From the sequence record OZ335960.1: a DNA stretch of 64,000 nucleotides; one strand, written 5' to 3'. Positions 53,955 through 63,934 of this stretch are shown one piece after another. A program made the position numbers and the translations under genes. Every line of letters starts with the position of its first letter. Position 1 is the first letter of the stretch. This stretch comes from a phage. The notes beneath the pieces are model-generated. The model was not told the origin of the DNA. It searched no databases and saw only the letters and a program-made list of their open reading frames with translations.

Positions 53955-56900
53955 ATGGCCGAGATTAAAAGAAAGTTCAGAGCAGAAGATGGTCTGGACG
54001 CAGGTGGCGATAAAATAATCAACGTAGCTTTAGCTGATCGTGCCGTAGGAACTGACGGTGTTAACGTTGATTACCTAATTCAAGAAAACACAGTTCAACA
54101 ATACGATCCAACTCGTGGATATTTAAAAGATTTTGTAATCATTTATGATAACCGCTTTTGGGCTGCTATAAATGATATTCCAAAACCAGCGGGAGCTTTT
54201 AATAGCGTACGTTGGAGAGCATTACGTACTGATGCAAACTGGACAACTGTTTCGTCAGGACCTTATCAATTAAAGTCAGGTGAATCAATTTCAGTTAATA
54301 CTGCAGCAGGAAATGATATCACATTTACTTTGCCAACTTCTCCAATTGATGGAGATACTATCGTTCTTCAAGATATTGGTGGAAAACCTGGAGTTAACCA
54401 AGTTTTAATTACCGCTCCAGTGCAAAGCATTGTAAATTTTAGAGGTCAGCAAGTACGATCAGTATTAATGACCCATCCAAAATCACAGATAGTTTTAATT
54501 TTTAGTAATCGTCTGTGGCAAATGTATGTTGCTGATTATAGCAGAGAAGCTGTAATTGTGACGCCAGCAAGTCTCTATCAGGCGCAGTCAAACGATTTTA
54601 TCGTACGCAGATTTACTTCTGCTGCTGCAATTAATATTAAACTTCCTAGATTTGCTAATCATGGCGATATTATTAATTTCGTTGATTTAGATAAATTAAA
54701 TCCTCTTTATCATACAATTGTCACGACATATGATGAAACAACTTCAGTACAAGAAGTTGGAACTCATTCTATTGAAGGTCGTACATCGATTGATGGTTTC
54801 TTGATGTATGATGATAATGAGAAATTATGGAGATTATTTGACGGGGATAGTAAAGCACGTTTACGCGTTATAACAACTAATTCTAATATTCGTCCAAACG
54901 AAGAAGTTATGGTATTTGGTGCGAATAATGGAACAACTCAAACAATTGAACTTCAGCTTCCGACCGATATTTCCATTGGCGATACTGTTAAAATTTCCAT
55001 GAATTACATGAGAAAAGGCCAAACAGTTAAAATAAAAGCTGCCGGTGAAGATAAAATTGCTTCTTCAGTTCAATTGCTGCAATTCCCAAAACGTTCAGAA
55101 TATCCACCTGAAGCTGAATGGGTGACTGTTCAAGAATTAGTTTTTAACGGTGAAACTAATTATGTTCCAGTTTTACAACTTGCTTATATCGAAGATTCTG
55201 ACGGAAAATACTGGGTTGTACAGCAAAACGTTCCAACTGTAGAAAGAGTTGATTCTTTAAATGATTCTACTAGAGCAAGATTAGGCGTGATTGCTTTAGC
55301 TACACAAGCTCAAGCTAACGTCGATTTAGAAAATTCTCCACAAAAAGAATTAGCAATTACTCCAGAAACATTAGCTAACCGTACTGCTACAGAAACTCGT
55401 AGAGGTATCGCAAGAATAGCAACCACTGCTCAAGTGAACCAGGACACTACATTCTCTTTTGCTGATGATATTATCATCACTCCTAAAAAGCTGAATGAAA
55501 GAACTGCTACAGAAACTCGTAGAGGTGTTGCTGAAATTGCTACGCAACAAGAAACTAATACAGGTACTGATGATACTACAATCATCACTCCTAAAAAGCT
55601 TCAAGCTCGACAAGGTTCTGAATCATTATCGGGTATTGTAACCTTTGTATCTACCGCGGGAGCTACTCCAGCTTCTAGTCGTGAATTAAATGGTACAAAT
55701 GTTTACAATAAAAACACTAATAATTTAGTTGTTTCGCCTAAAGCTCTGGATCAGTATAAAGCTACTCCAACACAGCAAGGCGCAGTAATTTTAGCAGTTG
55801 AAAGTGAAGTAATTGCTGGACAGAGTCAAGAAGGATGGGCAAATGCGGTTGTAACGCCAGAAACGTTACATAAAAAGACATCAACTGATGGAAGAATTGG
55901 TTTAATTGAAATTGCTACGCAAAGTGAAGTTAATACAGGAACTGATTATACTCGTGCAGTCACTCCTAAAACTTTAAATGACCGTAAAGCAACTGAAAGT
56001 TTAAGTGGTATAGCTGAAATTGCTACGCAAGTTGAATTCGACGCAGGCGTCGACGATACTCGTATCTCTACACCATTAAAAATTAAAACCAGATTTAATA
56101 GTACTGATCGTACTTCTGTTGTTGCTCTATCTGGATTAGTTGAATCAGGAACTCTCTGGGACCATTATACCCTTAATATTCTTGAAGCAAATGAGACACA
56201 GCGTGGTACACTTCGTGTAGCTACACAAGTTGAAGCTGCTGCAGGGACATTAGATAATGTTCTAATAACTCCTAAAAAGCTTTTAGGTACTAAATCTACT
56301 GAAGCGCAAGAAGGCGTTATTAAAGTTGCAACTCAAGTTGAAACTGTAGCTGGAACGTCAGCAAATACTGCTGTATCTCCAAAAAATTTAAAATGGATTG
56401 TACAGAGTGAACCTACTTGGGCAGCAACTACTTTGATAAGAGGTTTTGTTAAAACTTCATCTGGTTCAATTACATTCGTCGGTAATGATACCGTTGGTTC
56501 AACACAGTCATTAGAATTATACGAGAAAAATAGCTATGCAGTATCTCCATATGAATTAAACCGTGTATTAGCAAATTATTTGCCGTTAAAGGCAAAAGCT
56601 GCTGACACGAATTTATTGGATGGTCTAGATTCATCCCAGTTCATTCGTAGGGATATTGCGCAGACGGTTAATGGTTCACTAACCTTAACTCAACAAACGA
56701 ATCTGAGTGCCCCTCTTGTATCATCTAGTACTGCTACGTTTGGTGGATCAGTTTCGGCAAATAGTACACTAACTATTTCTAATACTGGAACAGCAACTAA
56801 ATTGATTTTTGAGAAAGGACCTCAAACTGGAACGAACCCAGCGCAGACGATGACTGTCAAAGTGTGGGGAAATCAATTTAGTGGGGAATCAGATACAACA

Positions 56901-57824
56901 CGTTCTACTGTATTTGAAGTTAGTGATGAAACGTCTAGTCATTTTTATTCTCAGCGCAATAAAGCTGGTAATATAACATTTAATATCAACGGTACAGTAA
57001 CTCCGATAAATGTTAATGCTTCAGGAACATTGAATGCAAATGGTGTAGCAACATTTGGTAATTCAGTCACTGCAAGTGGTGAAATTATTTCTCGAAGCGC
57101 AAATGCTTTCCGTGCTATTAACGGAAATTATGGTTTTATTGTTCGCAATGACGGGTCAGTAACGAATTTTATGCTTACTGCATCGGGCGATCAGACTGGT
57201 GGATTTAATGGATTACGTCCATTAACTATTAATAATGCATCTGGTCAAGTAACGATTGGTGAAAGCTTAATCATTGCCAAAGGTGCTACTATAAATTCAG
57301 GTGGTTTAACTGTTAACTCGAGAATTCGTTCTCAGGGTACTAAAACATCTGATTTATATACCCGTGCGCCAACATCTGATACTGTAGGATTCTGGTCAAT
57401 CGATATTAATGATTCAGCTACTTATAACCAGTTCCCAGGTTATTTTAAAATGGTTGAAAAAACTAATGAAGTGACTGGACTTCCATACTTAGAACGTGGC
57501 GAAGAAGTTAAATCTCCTGGTACATTGACTCAGTTTGGTAACACACTCGATTCGCTTTACCAAGATTGGATTACTTATCCAACGACTCCAGAAGCACGTA
57601 CCACTCGCTGGACACGTACATGGCAGAAAACCAAAAACTCTTGGTCAAGTTTTGTTCAGGTATTTGATGGAGGTAACCCTCCTCAACCGTCTGATATCGG
57701 TGCTTTACCATCTGATAATGCTACAATGGGGAATCTTACTATTCGTGATTTCTTACGAATTGGTAATGTTCGCATTATTCCTGACCCAGTGAATAAAACG
57801 GTTAAATTTGAATGGGTTGAATAA
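53955..57824 (+). CDS. 34: Long tail fibre proximal subunit gp34
   Basis: 1289-aa ORF (T4 gp34 length); internal degenerate repeats (ITPKKL...ATE..RG.A.IAT). Confidence 0.93.
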   Translation: MAEIKRKFRAEDGLDAGGDKIINVALADRAVGTDGVNVDYLIQENTVQQYDPTRGYLKDFVIIYDNRFWAAINDIPKPAGAFNSVRWRALRTDANWTTVSSGPYQLKSGESISVNTAAGNDITFTLPTSPIDGDTIVLQDIGGKPGVNQVLITAPVQSIVNFRGQQVRSVLMTHPKSQIVLIFSNRLWQMYVADYSREAVIVTPASLYQAQSNDFIVRRFTSAAAINIKLPRFANHGDIINFVDLDKLNPLYHTIVTTYDETTSVQEVGTHSIEGRTSIDGFLMYDDNEKLWRLFDGDSKARLRVITTNSNIRPNEEVMVFGANNGTTQTIELQLPTDISIGDTVKISMNYMRKGQTVKIKAAGEDKIASSVQLLQFPKRSEYPPEAEWVTVQELVFNGETNYVPVLQLAYIEDSDGKYWVVQQNVPTVERVDSLNDSTRARLGVIALATQAQANVDLENSPQKELAITPETLANRTATETRRGIARIATTAQVNQDTTFSFADDIIITPKKLNERTATETRRGVAEIATQQETNTGTDDTTIITPKKLQARQGSESLSGIVTFVSTAGATPASSRELNGTNVYNKNTNNLVVSPKALDQYKATPTQQGAVILAVESEVIAGQSQEGWANAVVTPETLHKKTSTDGRIGLIEIATQSEVNTGTDYTRAVTPKTLNDRKATESLSGIAEIATQVEFDAGVDDTRISTPLKIKTRFNSTDRTSVVALSGLVESGTLWDHYTLNILEANETQRGTLRVATQVEAAAGTLDNVLITPKKLLGTKSTEAQEGVIKVATQVETVAGTSANTAVSPKNLKWIVQSEPTWAATTLIRGFVKTSSGSITFVGNDTVGSTQSLELYEKNSYAVSPYELNRVLANYLPLKAKAADTNLLDGLDSSQFIRRDIAQTVNGSLTLTQQTNLSAPLVSSSTATFGGSVSANSTLTISNTGTATKLIFEKGPQTGTNPAQTMTVKVWGNQFSGESDTTRSTVFEVSDETSSHFYSQRNKAGNITFNINGTVTPINVNASGTLNANGVATFGNSVTASGEIISRSANAFRAINGNYGFIVRNDGSVTNFMLTASGDQTGGFNGLRPLTINNASGQVTIGESLIIAKGATINSGGLTVNSRIRSQGTKTSDLYTRAPTSDTVGFWSIDINDSATYNQFPGYFKMVEKTNEVTGLPYLERGEEVKSPGTLTQFGNTLDSLYQDWITYPTTPEARTTRWTRTWQKTKNSWSSFVQVFDGGNPPQPSDIGALPSDNATMGNLTIRDFLRIGNVRIIPDPVNKTVKFEWVE

Positions 57825-57832
57825 GAGGTATT

Positions 57833-58948
57833 ATGGAAAAATTTATGGCAGAGTTTGGACAAGGATATGTCCAAACGCCATTTTTATCGGAAAGTAATTC
57901 AGTAAGATATAAAATAAGTATAGCGGGTTCTTGCCCGCTTTCTACGGCAGGACCATATGTTAAATTTCAGGATAATCTTGTCGGAAGTCAAACATTTAGC
58001 GCAGGTCTTCATTTAAGAGTTTTTGATCCTTCCACCGGAGCATTAGTTGACAGTAAGTCATATGCTTTTTCGACTTCAAATGATACTACATCAGCTGCTT
58101 TTGTTAGTTTCATGAATTCTTTTTCAAACAACAGACTTGTTGCTATATTAACTAATGGAAAGGTTAATTTTCCTCCTGAGGTAGTATCTTGGCTAAGAGC
58201 TGCAGGAACGTCTGCTTTTCCATCTGATTCTATATTGTCAAGATTTGACGTATCATATGCTGCCTTTTATACTTCTTCCAAAAGAGCTATTGCATTAGAA
58301 CACGTTAAACTAAGTAATAGAAAAAGCACAGATGACTATCAAACTATTTTAGATGTTGTATTTGACAGTTTAGAAGACGTTGGAGCTACAGGATTTCCTA
58401 AAAGAACATACGAAAGCGTTGAGCAATTTATGTCAGCAGTCGGTGGAACTAATAACGAAATTGCACGTTTACCAACTTCATCTGCGATAAGTAAACTCTC
58501 TGATTATAATTTAATTCCTGGCGATGTTCTTTATCTTAAAGCGCAGTTATATGCTGACGCAGATTTACTTGCGCTTGGAACTACAAATGTATCAATCCGT
58601 TTTTATGATGAATCGAATGGATATATTTCTTCAACACATGCCGAGTTTACTGGACAAGCTGGGTCATGGGAATTAAAGGAAGATTATGTAGTTATTCCAG
58701 AAAATGCAGTAGGATTTACGATATATGCACAAAGAACTGCACAAGCAGGTCAAGGCGGCATGAGAAATTTAAGCTTTTCTGAAGTATCAAGAAATGGTGG
58801 AATTTCAAAACCTGCTGAATTTGGCGTCAATGGTATTCGAGTTAATTATGTCTGTGAATCTGCTTCACCTCCGGATATAATGGTACTTCCTACGCAAGCA
58901 TCGTCTAAAACTGGTAAAGTGTTTGGACAAGAATTTAGAGAAGTTTAA
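57833..58948 (+). CDS. 35: Long tail fibre hinge protein gp35
   Basis: 371-aa ORF, synteny. Confidence 0.9.
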   Translation: MEKFMAEFGQGYVQTPFLSESNSVRYKISIAGSCPLSTAGPYVKFQDNLVGSQTFSAGLHLRVFDPSTGALVDSKSYAFSTSNDTTSAAFVSFMNSFSNNRLVAILTNGKVNFPPEVVSWLRAAGTSAFPSDSILSRFDVSYAAFYTSSKRAIALEHVKLSNRKSTDDYQTILDVVFDSLEDVGATGFPKRTYESVEQFMSAVGGTNNEIARLPTSSAISKLSDYNLIPGDVLYLKAQLYADADLLALGTTNVSIRFYDESNGYISSTHAEFTGQAGSWELKEDYVVIPENAVGFTIYAQRTAQAGQGGMRNLSFSEVSRNGGISKPAEFGVNGIRVNYVCESASPPDIMVLPTQASSKTGKVFGQEFREV

Positions 58949-58953
58949 ATTGA

Positions 58954-58980
58954 GGGAGCCTTCGGGTTCCCTTTTTCTTT
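58954..58980 (+). terminator. Rho-independent terminator after gene 35
   Basis: GGGAGCC-TTCG-GGTTCCC (one G-U pair) followed by TTTTTCTTT. Confidence 0.7.
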
Positions 58981-58987
58981 ATAAATA
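58980..58987 (+). promoter_or_regulatory. Late promoter box TATAAATA (gene 36)
   Basis: Exact match between the gene 35 terminator and gene 36 start. Confidence 0.55.
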
Positions 58988-59010
58988 CTATTAAAATAAA
59001 GGGGCATACA

Positions 59011-59667
59011 ATGGCTGATTTAAAAGTAGGTTCAACAACTGGAGGCTCTGTCATTTGGCATCAAGGAAATTTTCCATTGAATCCAGCCGGTGACGATGTA
59101 CTCTATAAATCATTTAAAATATATTCAGAATATAATAAACCACAAGCTGCTGATAACGATTTCGTTTCTAAAGCTAATGGTGGTACGTATTTAAATAAAG
59201 TAATTTTTAATAAAGGAATGACTGTTCCTGGTGCAGGGTCAGGTGACAATGGTATTTTTGCTGGTCCTGGTGATAATGCCACGTATGATACTACAAATAT
59301 GGATATTGTTTCATGGTATGGTATTGGTTTTAAATCATCGCAGGGTTCAGCAGGTAGAACTGTAGTAATTAACACACGAAATGGAGATATTAGCTCAAAG
59401 GGTGTAATTGAAGCATCACAAATACGCGCAACTTCATTATCTCCAGTAAATAATTATGACCTTACGCGGAAAGATTATGTCGATGGAGCAATAAATATTG
59501 TTACAGCAAACGCAAACTCTAGGGTATTACGCTCTGGAGACACTATGACAGGTAACTTAACCGCGCCAAACCTTTTTTCACAGAATCCTGCATCTCAACC
59601 CTCACATGTTCCACGATTTGATCAAATTGTTATTAAGGATTCTGTTCAAGATTTCGGCTATTATTAA
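59011..59667 (+). CDS. 36: Long tail fibre distal connector gp36
   Basis: 218-aa ORF, synteny. Confidence 0.88.
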   Translation: MADLKVGSTTGGSVIWHQGNFPLNPAGDDVLYKSFKIYSEYNKPQAADNDFVSKANGGTYLNKVIFNKGMTVPGAGSGDNGIFAGPGDNATYDTTNMDIVSWYGIGFKSSQGSAGRTVVINTRNGDISSKGVIEASQIRATSLSPVNNYDLTRKDYVDGAINIVTANANSRVLRSGDTMTGNLTAPNLFSQNPASQPSHVPRFDQIVIKDSVQDFGYY

Positions 59668-59675
59668 GAGGACTT

Positions 59676-61125
59676 ATGGCTACTTTAAAACAAATACAAT
59701 TTAAAAGAAGCAAAACCGCAGGAGCACGTCCTGCCGCTTCAGTATTAGCCGAAGGTGAATTGGCTATAAACTTAAAAGACCGCGTACTTTTTACTAAAGA
59801 CGACCAAGGAAATATCATTGATCTTGGTTTTGCTAAGGGCGGTAGTATTGACGGGAATGTTATTCATATAGGAAACTATAATCAAACTGGTGATTATACT
59901 TTAAATGGCACCTTCACTCAGACGGGTAATTTTAATTTAATCGGTATTGCTCGAGTAACTCGCGATATTATTGCCGCCGGGCAGATTATGACCGAAGGCG
60001 GAGAACTTATTACAAAAAGTTCAGGTACATCACATGTTCGTTTTTTCGATAGCAATAGCCGCGAGCGCGGAATCATTTATTCTCCTGCTAATGATGGATT
60101 AACTACACAAGTACTTAATATCAGGGTTCAAGACTACGCCGCTGGTAGCGAAAGCACCTATGCATTTTCAGGCAATGGCCTATTTACTTCACCTGAAGTA
60201 TCAGCATGGAAATCTATGTCAACTCCTCAGATTTTGACCGATAAAGTTATTACAGATGGGAAGAAGACAGGCGATTATGACATCTATTCATTAGCAAATA
60301 ACACTCCATTGGCAGAAAGCGAAACGGCTATTAACCACCTCCGTGTTATGCGAAATGCCGTAGGATCTGGTATATTCCATGAAGTTAAAGATAACGACGG
60401 GATAACCTGGTACGCCGGTGACGGATTAGATGCCTATCTTTGGTCGTTTACCTGGTCCGGTGGATTGAAAGCAGGCCATTCTATTTCTATAGGTCTTCCG
60501 GGCGGCTCTAAAGGATATTCTGAATTAGGGACTGCTTCGATTGCTCTTGGTGATAATGATACTTGGTGATAATGATACTGGTTTAGTCCATGGCGGTGAT
60601 GGCCGAATCAATATGGTTGCCAATGGTATACATATTGCAAACTGGGGCGCAGGCTATCAATCTCATCCTGGGCTTTGGGATTCAACCGGTGCTTTTTGGA
60701 CAGAAGTTGGAAGAGCTATCGTTTCTCATGGGCATCTCGTTCAGGCAAATGATAGTTATTCAACGTTTGTCCGTGATGTTTATGTCCGTTCTGATATTCG
60801 CGTTAAAAAAGACCTCGTTAAATTTGAAAATGCTTCTCAGAAGCTTTCTAAAATTAACGGTTACACTTATATGCAGAAGCGAGGCCTAGATGGAGAAGGT
60901 AATCAGAAATGGGAACCTAACGCTGGTTTAATTGCTCAAGAAGTTCAAGCTATTTTACCAGAATTAGTTGAAGGCGACCCTGATGGCGAAGCTTTACTTC
61001 GTTTGAACTATAACGGTGTAATTGGTTTAAATACAGCTGCAATCAATGAGCATACCGCAGAAATTGCAGAACTTAAATCAGAAATCGAAGAACTTAAAGC
61101 ATTAGTTAAATCGTTGTTAAAATAA
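59676..61125 (+). pseudogene. 37: Long tail fibre distal subunit gene 37, frameshifted by a 16-bp tandem duplication; C-terminal intramolecular-chaperone-like domain
   Basis: N-terminus MATLKQIQFKRSK...AINLKDR...DLGFAKGG is gp37-like; reading frame stops at 60567-60569 just after the duplicated ttggtgataatgatac; the +1 frame continues without stop to 61125 and ends ...SDIRVKKDL...GLIAQEVQAILPELV...[19 protein letters not shown], a motif I associate with tail-fibre intramolecular chaperones. Confidence 0.8.
60547..60578 (+). repeat. Perfect 16-bp tandem duplication (ttggtgataatgatac x2) inside gene 37
   Basis: Read directly from sequence; 16 is not a multiple of 3, so the second copy shifts the frame. 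Confidence 0.95.
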
Positions 61126-61144
61126 TAAGAGGGGCTTCGGTCCC

Positions 61145-61951
61145 TTGGAGGTTTATATGGCAGTTGAAGGACCGTGGGTAGGATGGTCTGCAGTAGTTAA
61201 TACAGGACAAAATTGGATGGGTGGTGCGGCCCAACGATTAAGAATGGGCATTCCGTTCTGGATGAGTAATATGATAGGTCGATCCGTTGAAGTAATTCAC
61301 ACACTTGGAGCAGACCATAACTTCAATGGTCAATGGTTCCGAGATAGATGTTTTGAGGCAGGTAGTGCACCCATAGTGTTTAATATCACAGGAAATTTGG
61401 TATCATATTCTAGAGATGTTCCTTTATTCTTCATGTATGGAGATACACCAAATGAATATGTTCAGTTGAATATTAGCGGTGGAGCTCATATGTGGGGCAG
61501 AGGTGGACAAGGTGGGTGGACTCATTCTGGTGGAGATGGTAATGGTCAACAGGGTGGACATTGTATTCAAAATGACATTGGTGGTCGATTAAGAATTAAT
61601 AATGGTGGAGTAATTTGTGGCGGCGGTGGCGGCGGTGGCGGCATCGCTTATCGTCCTCACTCTGGTGCAAACTGGCAAGATATTGGTGGCGGTGGAGGAA
61701 GACCATTTGGCCCAGGAGGTGGCGGTGGTTATTCAGGAGGTGCTGCTTCTTATGACGGTCCAGGAGGCGGTTATAATTATGGTAATGCTCACTCTGGACA
61801 GGGTGGTGATGCTGGCGGAAATGGACAAAATGCCTGGTATGATGGTGGTAAAGTTCTAAAAGTTGGCGCTGGCGGGGCTGCAGGTTATGCTGTAATAGGG
61901 TCTGCTCCAACATGGCAAAATGTTGGAATAATATATGGTCCAAGAGTATAA
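61145..61951 (+). CDS. 38: T2-type receptor-recognising adhesin gp38 (glycine-rich motifs)
   Basis: 268-aa ORF; [25 protein letters not shown] and poly-Gly motifs ([19 protein letters not shown]) as I recall for T2/K3-type gp38; true start may be ATG at 61157. Confidence 0.85.
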   Translation: MEVYMAVEGPWVGWSAVVNTGQNWMGGAAQRLRMGIPFWMSNMIGRSVEVIHTLGADHNFNGQWFRDRCFEAGSAPIVFNITGNLVSYSRDVPLFFMYGDTPNEYVQLNISGGAHMWGRGGQGGWTHSGGDGNGQQGGHCIQNDIGGRLRINNGGVICGGGGGGGGIAYRPHSGANWQDIGGGGGRPFGPGGGGGYSGGAASYDGPGGGYNYGNAHSGQGGDAGGNGQNAWYDGGKVLKVGAGGAAGYAVIGSAPTWQNVGIIYGPRV

Positions 61952-61982
61952 TTTTGAATAAATATCCTTAAAAGGAGGGTCT

Positions 61983-62639
61983 ATGGCAGCACCTAGAATA
62001 TCATTTTCGCCCTCTGATATTCTGTTTGGTGTTCTAGATCGCTTGTTCAAAGATAACGCTACCGGGAAAGTTCTTGCTTCCCGGGTAGCTGTCGTAATTC
62101 TTTTGTTTATAATGGCGATTGTTTGGTATAGGGGAGATAGTTTCTTTGAGTACTATAAGCAATCAAAGTATGAAACATACAGTGAAATTATTGAAAAGGA
62201 AAGAAATGCACGCTTTGAATCTGTCGCCCTGGAACAACTCCAGATAGTTCATATATCATCTGAGGCAGACTTTAGTGCGGTGTATTCTTTCCGCCCTAAA
62301 AACTTAAACTATTTTGTTGATATTATAGCATATGAAGGAAAATTACCTTCAACAATAAGTGAAAAATCACTTGGAGGATATCCTGTTGATAAAACTATGG
62401 ATGAATATGCAGTTCATTTAAATGGACGTCATTATTATTCCAACTCAAAATTTGCTTTTTTACCAACCAAAAAGCCTACTCCCGAAATAAATTACATGTA
62501 CAGTTGTCCATATTTCAATTTGGATAATATCTATGCTGGAACAATAACCATGTACTGGTATAGAAATGATCATATAAGTAATGACCGCCTTGAATCAATA
62601 TGTGCTCAGGCGGCCAGAATATTAGGAAGGGCTAAATAA
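61983..62639 (+). CDS. t: Holin T
   Basis: 218-aa ORF (T4 holin length); single N-terminal TM segment (VAVVILLFIMAIVWY) and large periplasmic domain. Confidence 0.93.
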   Translation: MAAPRISFSPSDILFGVLDRLFKDNATGKVLASRVAVVILLFIMAIVWYRGDSFFEYYKQSKYETYSEIIEKERNARFESVALEQLQIVHISSEADFSAVYSFRPKNLNYFVDIIAYEGKLPSTISEKSLGGYPVDKTMDEYAVHLNGRHYYSNSKFAFLPTKKPTPEINYMYSCPYFNLDNIYAGTITMYWYRNDHISNDRLESICAQAARILGRAK

Positions 62640-62912
62640 TTATTTGTTCGTATACATCTCTAGATATCGATATACACCCTCAAAACCCTCGTTGAATTCG
62701 TCGATGAGGGTTTTCTTATCTTCTTGAGTTAATTCAGAAACAATTTTACGGAATGAATTCTGATTTAACTTTCTACCTTCATGCGTTACTCCAATCTCAT
62801 TCAGAAATGCAATAAAATTAGCGCGATTCTCAACAATATCTTCTCTGGAAAATTTAATCAAAATAGACGCAACAGTAATAATTTCACGAACTGTATCAAT
62901 ATTTTTATTCAT
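62640..62912 (-). CDS. asiA: AsiA anti-sigma70 factor
   Basis: 90-aa ORF starting MNKNIDTVREIITVASILIKF, matching T4 AsiA as I recall. Confidence 0.93.
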   Translation of the reverse strand: MNKNIDTVREIITVASILIKFSREDIVENRANFIAFLNEIGVTHEGRKLNQNSFRKIVSELTQEDKKTLIDEFNEGFEGVYRYLEMYTNK

Positions 62913-62924
62913 TAACTATACCAC

Positions 62925-63077
62925 TCAATTAGTTGACTTTGTTATAATATCATCAGACGCTTGATTTGTAAACTGGTCTGTGGTATTTTCTTCAAAAATT
63001 TTTTCTACGAATTCCTTGAACGACTTACGTTCCTGAGCTACATTATGCTCGATTACTTTTTCAAGATTATGACTCAT
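62925..63077 (-). CDS. Small ORF between arn and asiA (asiA.1-like)
   Basis: 50-codon ORF found by hand (MSHNLEKVIEHNVAQERKSF...); ATG overlaps arn stop (ATGA); asiA early promoter lies within its 3' end. Confidence 0.45.
   Translation of the reverse strand: MSHNLEKVIEHNVAQERKSFKEFVEKIFEENTTDQFTNQASDDIITKSTN
62944..62973 (-). promoter_or_regulatory. T4-type early promoter for asiA (GTTTAC - 18 bp - TATTAT)
   Basis: Minus-strand -35/-10 ~35 bp upstream of asiA ATG. Confidence 0.7.
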
Positions 63078-63352
63078 TCGAAATAATCTTCAATTTCATA
63101 ATCAAGGACATAAATCATTATAGTTTTTAATACATCATCAATACTTTTTCCTGGAGCTGGAATTACGTAAAAATATCCTGCTTTTGAGAGGTCTTTATAA
63201 GTTCCAACCAAGAAATCATTATTCTCGAGATGTAGTTCTTCAACTAATTCATTAACAATTGAGTTGTATAAATTTGGTAGAAACTTATATAGCTTTTCTA
63301 GAATATCAATTTTGATTGTGTATTGAACCACAGATTGAGAATCAATAATCAT
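63074..63352 (-). CDS. arn: Arn, anti-restriction nuclease (McrBC inhibitor)
   Basis: 92-aa ORF at the T4 arn position and length. Confidence 0.88.
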   Translation of the reverse strand: MIIDSQSVVQYTIKIDILEKLYKFLPNLYNSIVNELVEELHLENNDFLVGTYKDLSKAGYFYVIPAPGKSIDDVLKTIMIYVLDYEIEDYFE

Positions 63353-63435
63353 AGACCTTCCCCTTATGTTTCTGTTTGCGATTAGATTCTTTAAACGCTT
63401 TCTTCTTATCTTTATGGACAGAAGCTTTATTAAAA

Positions 63436-63654
63436 TTATGTTTTGCGACTAAATTGTTCATAGTGCTGAATTACCTCTCTCAAACATTTGCATGTGAATG
63501 AAAACTTTTTAGCTACACCACATTCAAATATATGTTCTCTTAAATCACGTGTGTCAGTATATCCCATCTCAACAATAAAATGCCGTATTAGATTTTTATC
63601 TTTATCATTGAGAGAATTAAAATAATCGGATTTTGAATTAATTTCCCTGGCCAA
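63436..63654 (-). CDS. Hypothetical protein (arn-upstream)
   Basis: 72-aa ORF with Cys pairs (CGVAKKFSFTCKC). Confidence 0.5.
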   Translation of the reverse strand: MAREINSKSDYFNSLNDKDKNLIRHFIVEMGYTDTRDLREHIFECGVAKKFSFTCKCLREVIQHYEQFSRKT

Positions 63655-63934
63655 ATTGAATCACCTTCAGTTGACGTTTTAGTTCTTTTATCATCTCTTC
63701 GTTCATCGCAATATAAAGATCGCGTAAAGCAGGTTTTAGCATTCCATTTACTGGAGAACTAAATGGACATACATAATCTTTTCCTACGAGCTTTTTAGTG
63801 AATTCCATGTCACAGAACTGAAATGCCGGTTCATTGGCATAAATTCCCCAATTAGTTGACATCATTTTATTGGCATATTCCAACGCCTGGATTTGATTCA
63901 TAATTCCGTCAATTTGAAACTTTTTAATATTCAT
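63638..63934 (-). CDS. Hypothetical protein (arn-upstream)
   Basis: 98-aa ORF. Confidence 0.5.
   Translation of the reverse strand: MNIKKFQIDGIMNQIQALEYANKMMSTNWGIYANEPAFQFCDMEFTKKLVGKDYVCPFSSPVNGMLKPALRDLYIAMNEEMIKELKRQLKVIQFGQGN

Noticed and set aside
55371-55613. 80-aa minus-strand ORF inside gene 34
   Set aside because: Antisense to the repeat region of gp34; Ser/Cys-rich artefact.
53955-57824. Internal degenerate repeats in gp34 (ITPKKL...ATE..RG.A.IAT units) as a possible novel repeat array
   Set aside because: These are the known repeated beta-structure units of T-even long tail fibre shafts, not an independent element.
59103-59375. 90-aa minus-strand ORF inside gene 36
   Set aside because: Antisense to a conserved late structural gene in a block with no other minus-strand genes.
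61130-61145. Possible terminator hairpin after gene 37
   Set aside because: Stem needs a G-U pair and there is no T-tract; likely just intergenic structure before gene 38.
61596-61943. His/Gln-rich 115-aa minus-strand ORF and the 80-aa plus-strand ORF at 61617-61859
   Set aside because: Both are alternative readings of the GGN-rich glycine-motif region of gp38; no independent start signals.
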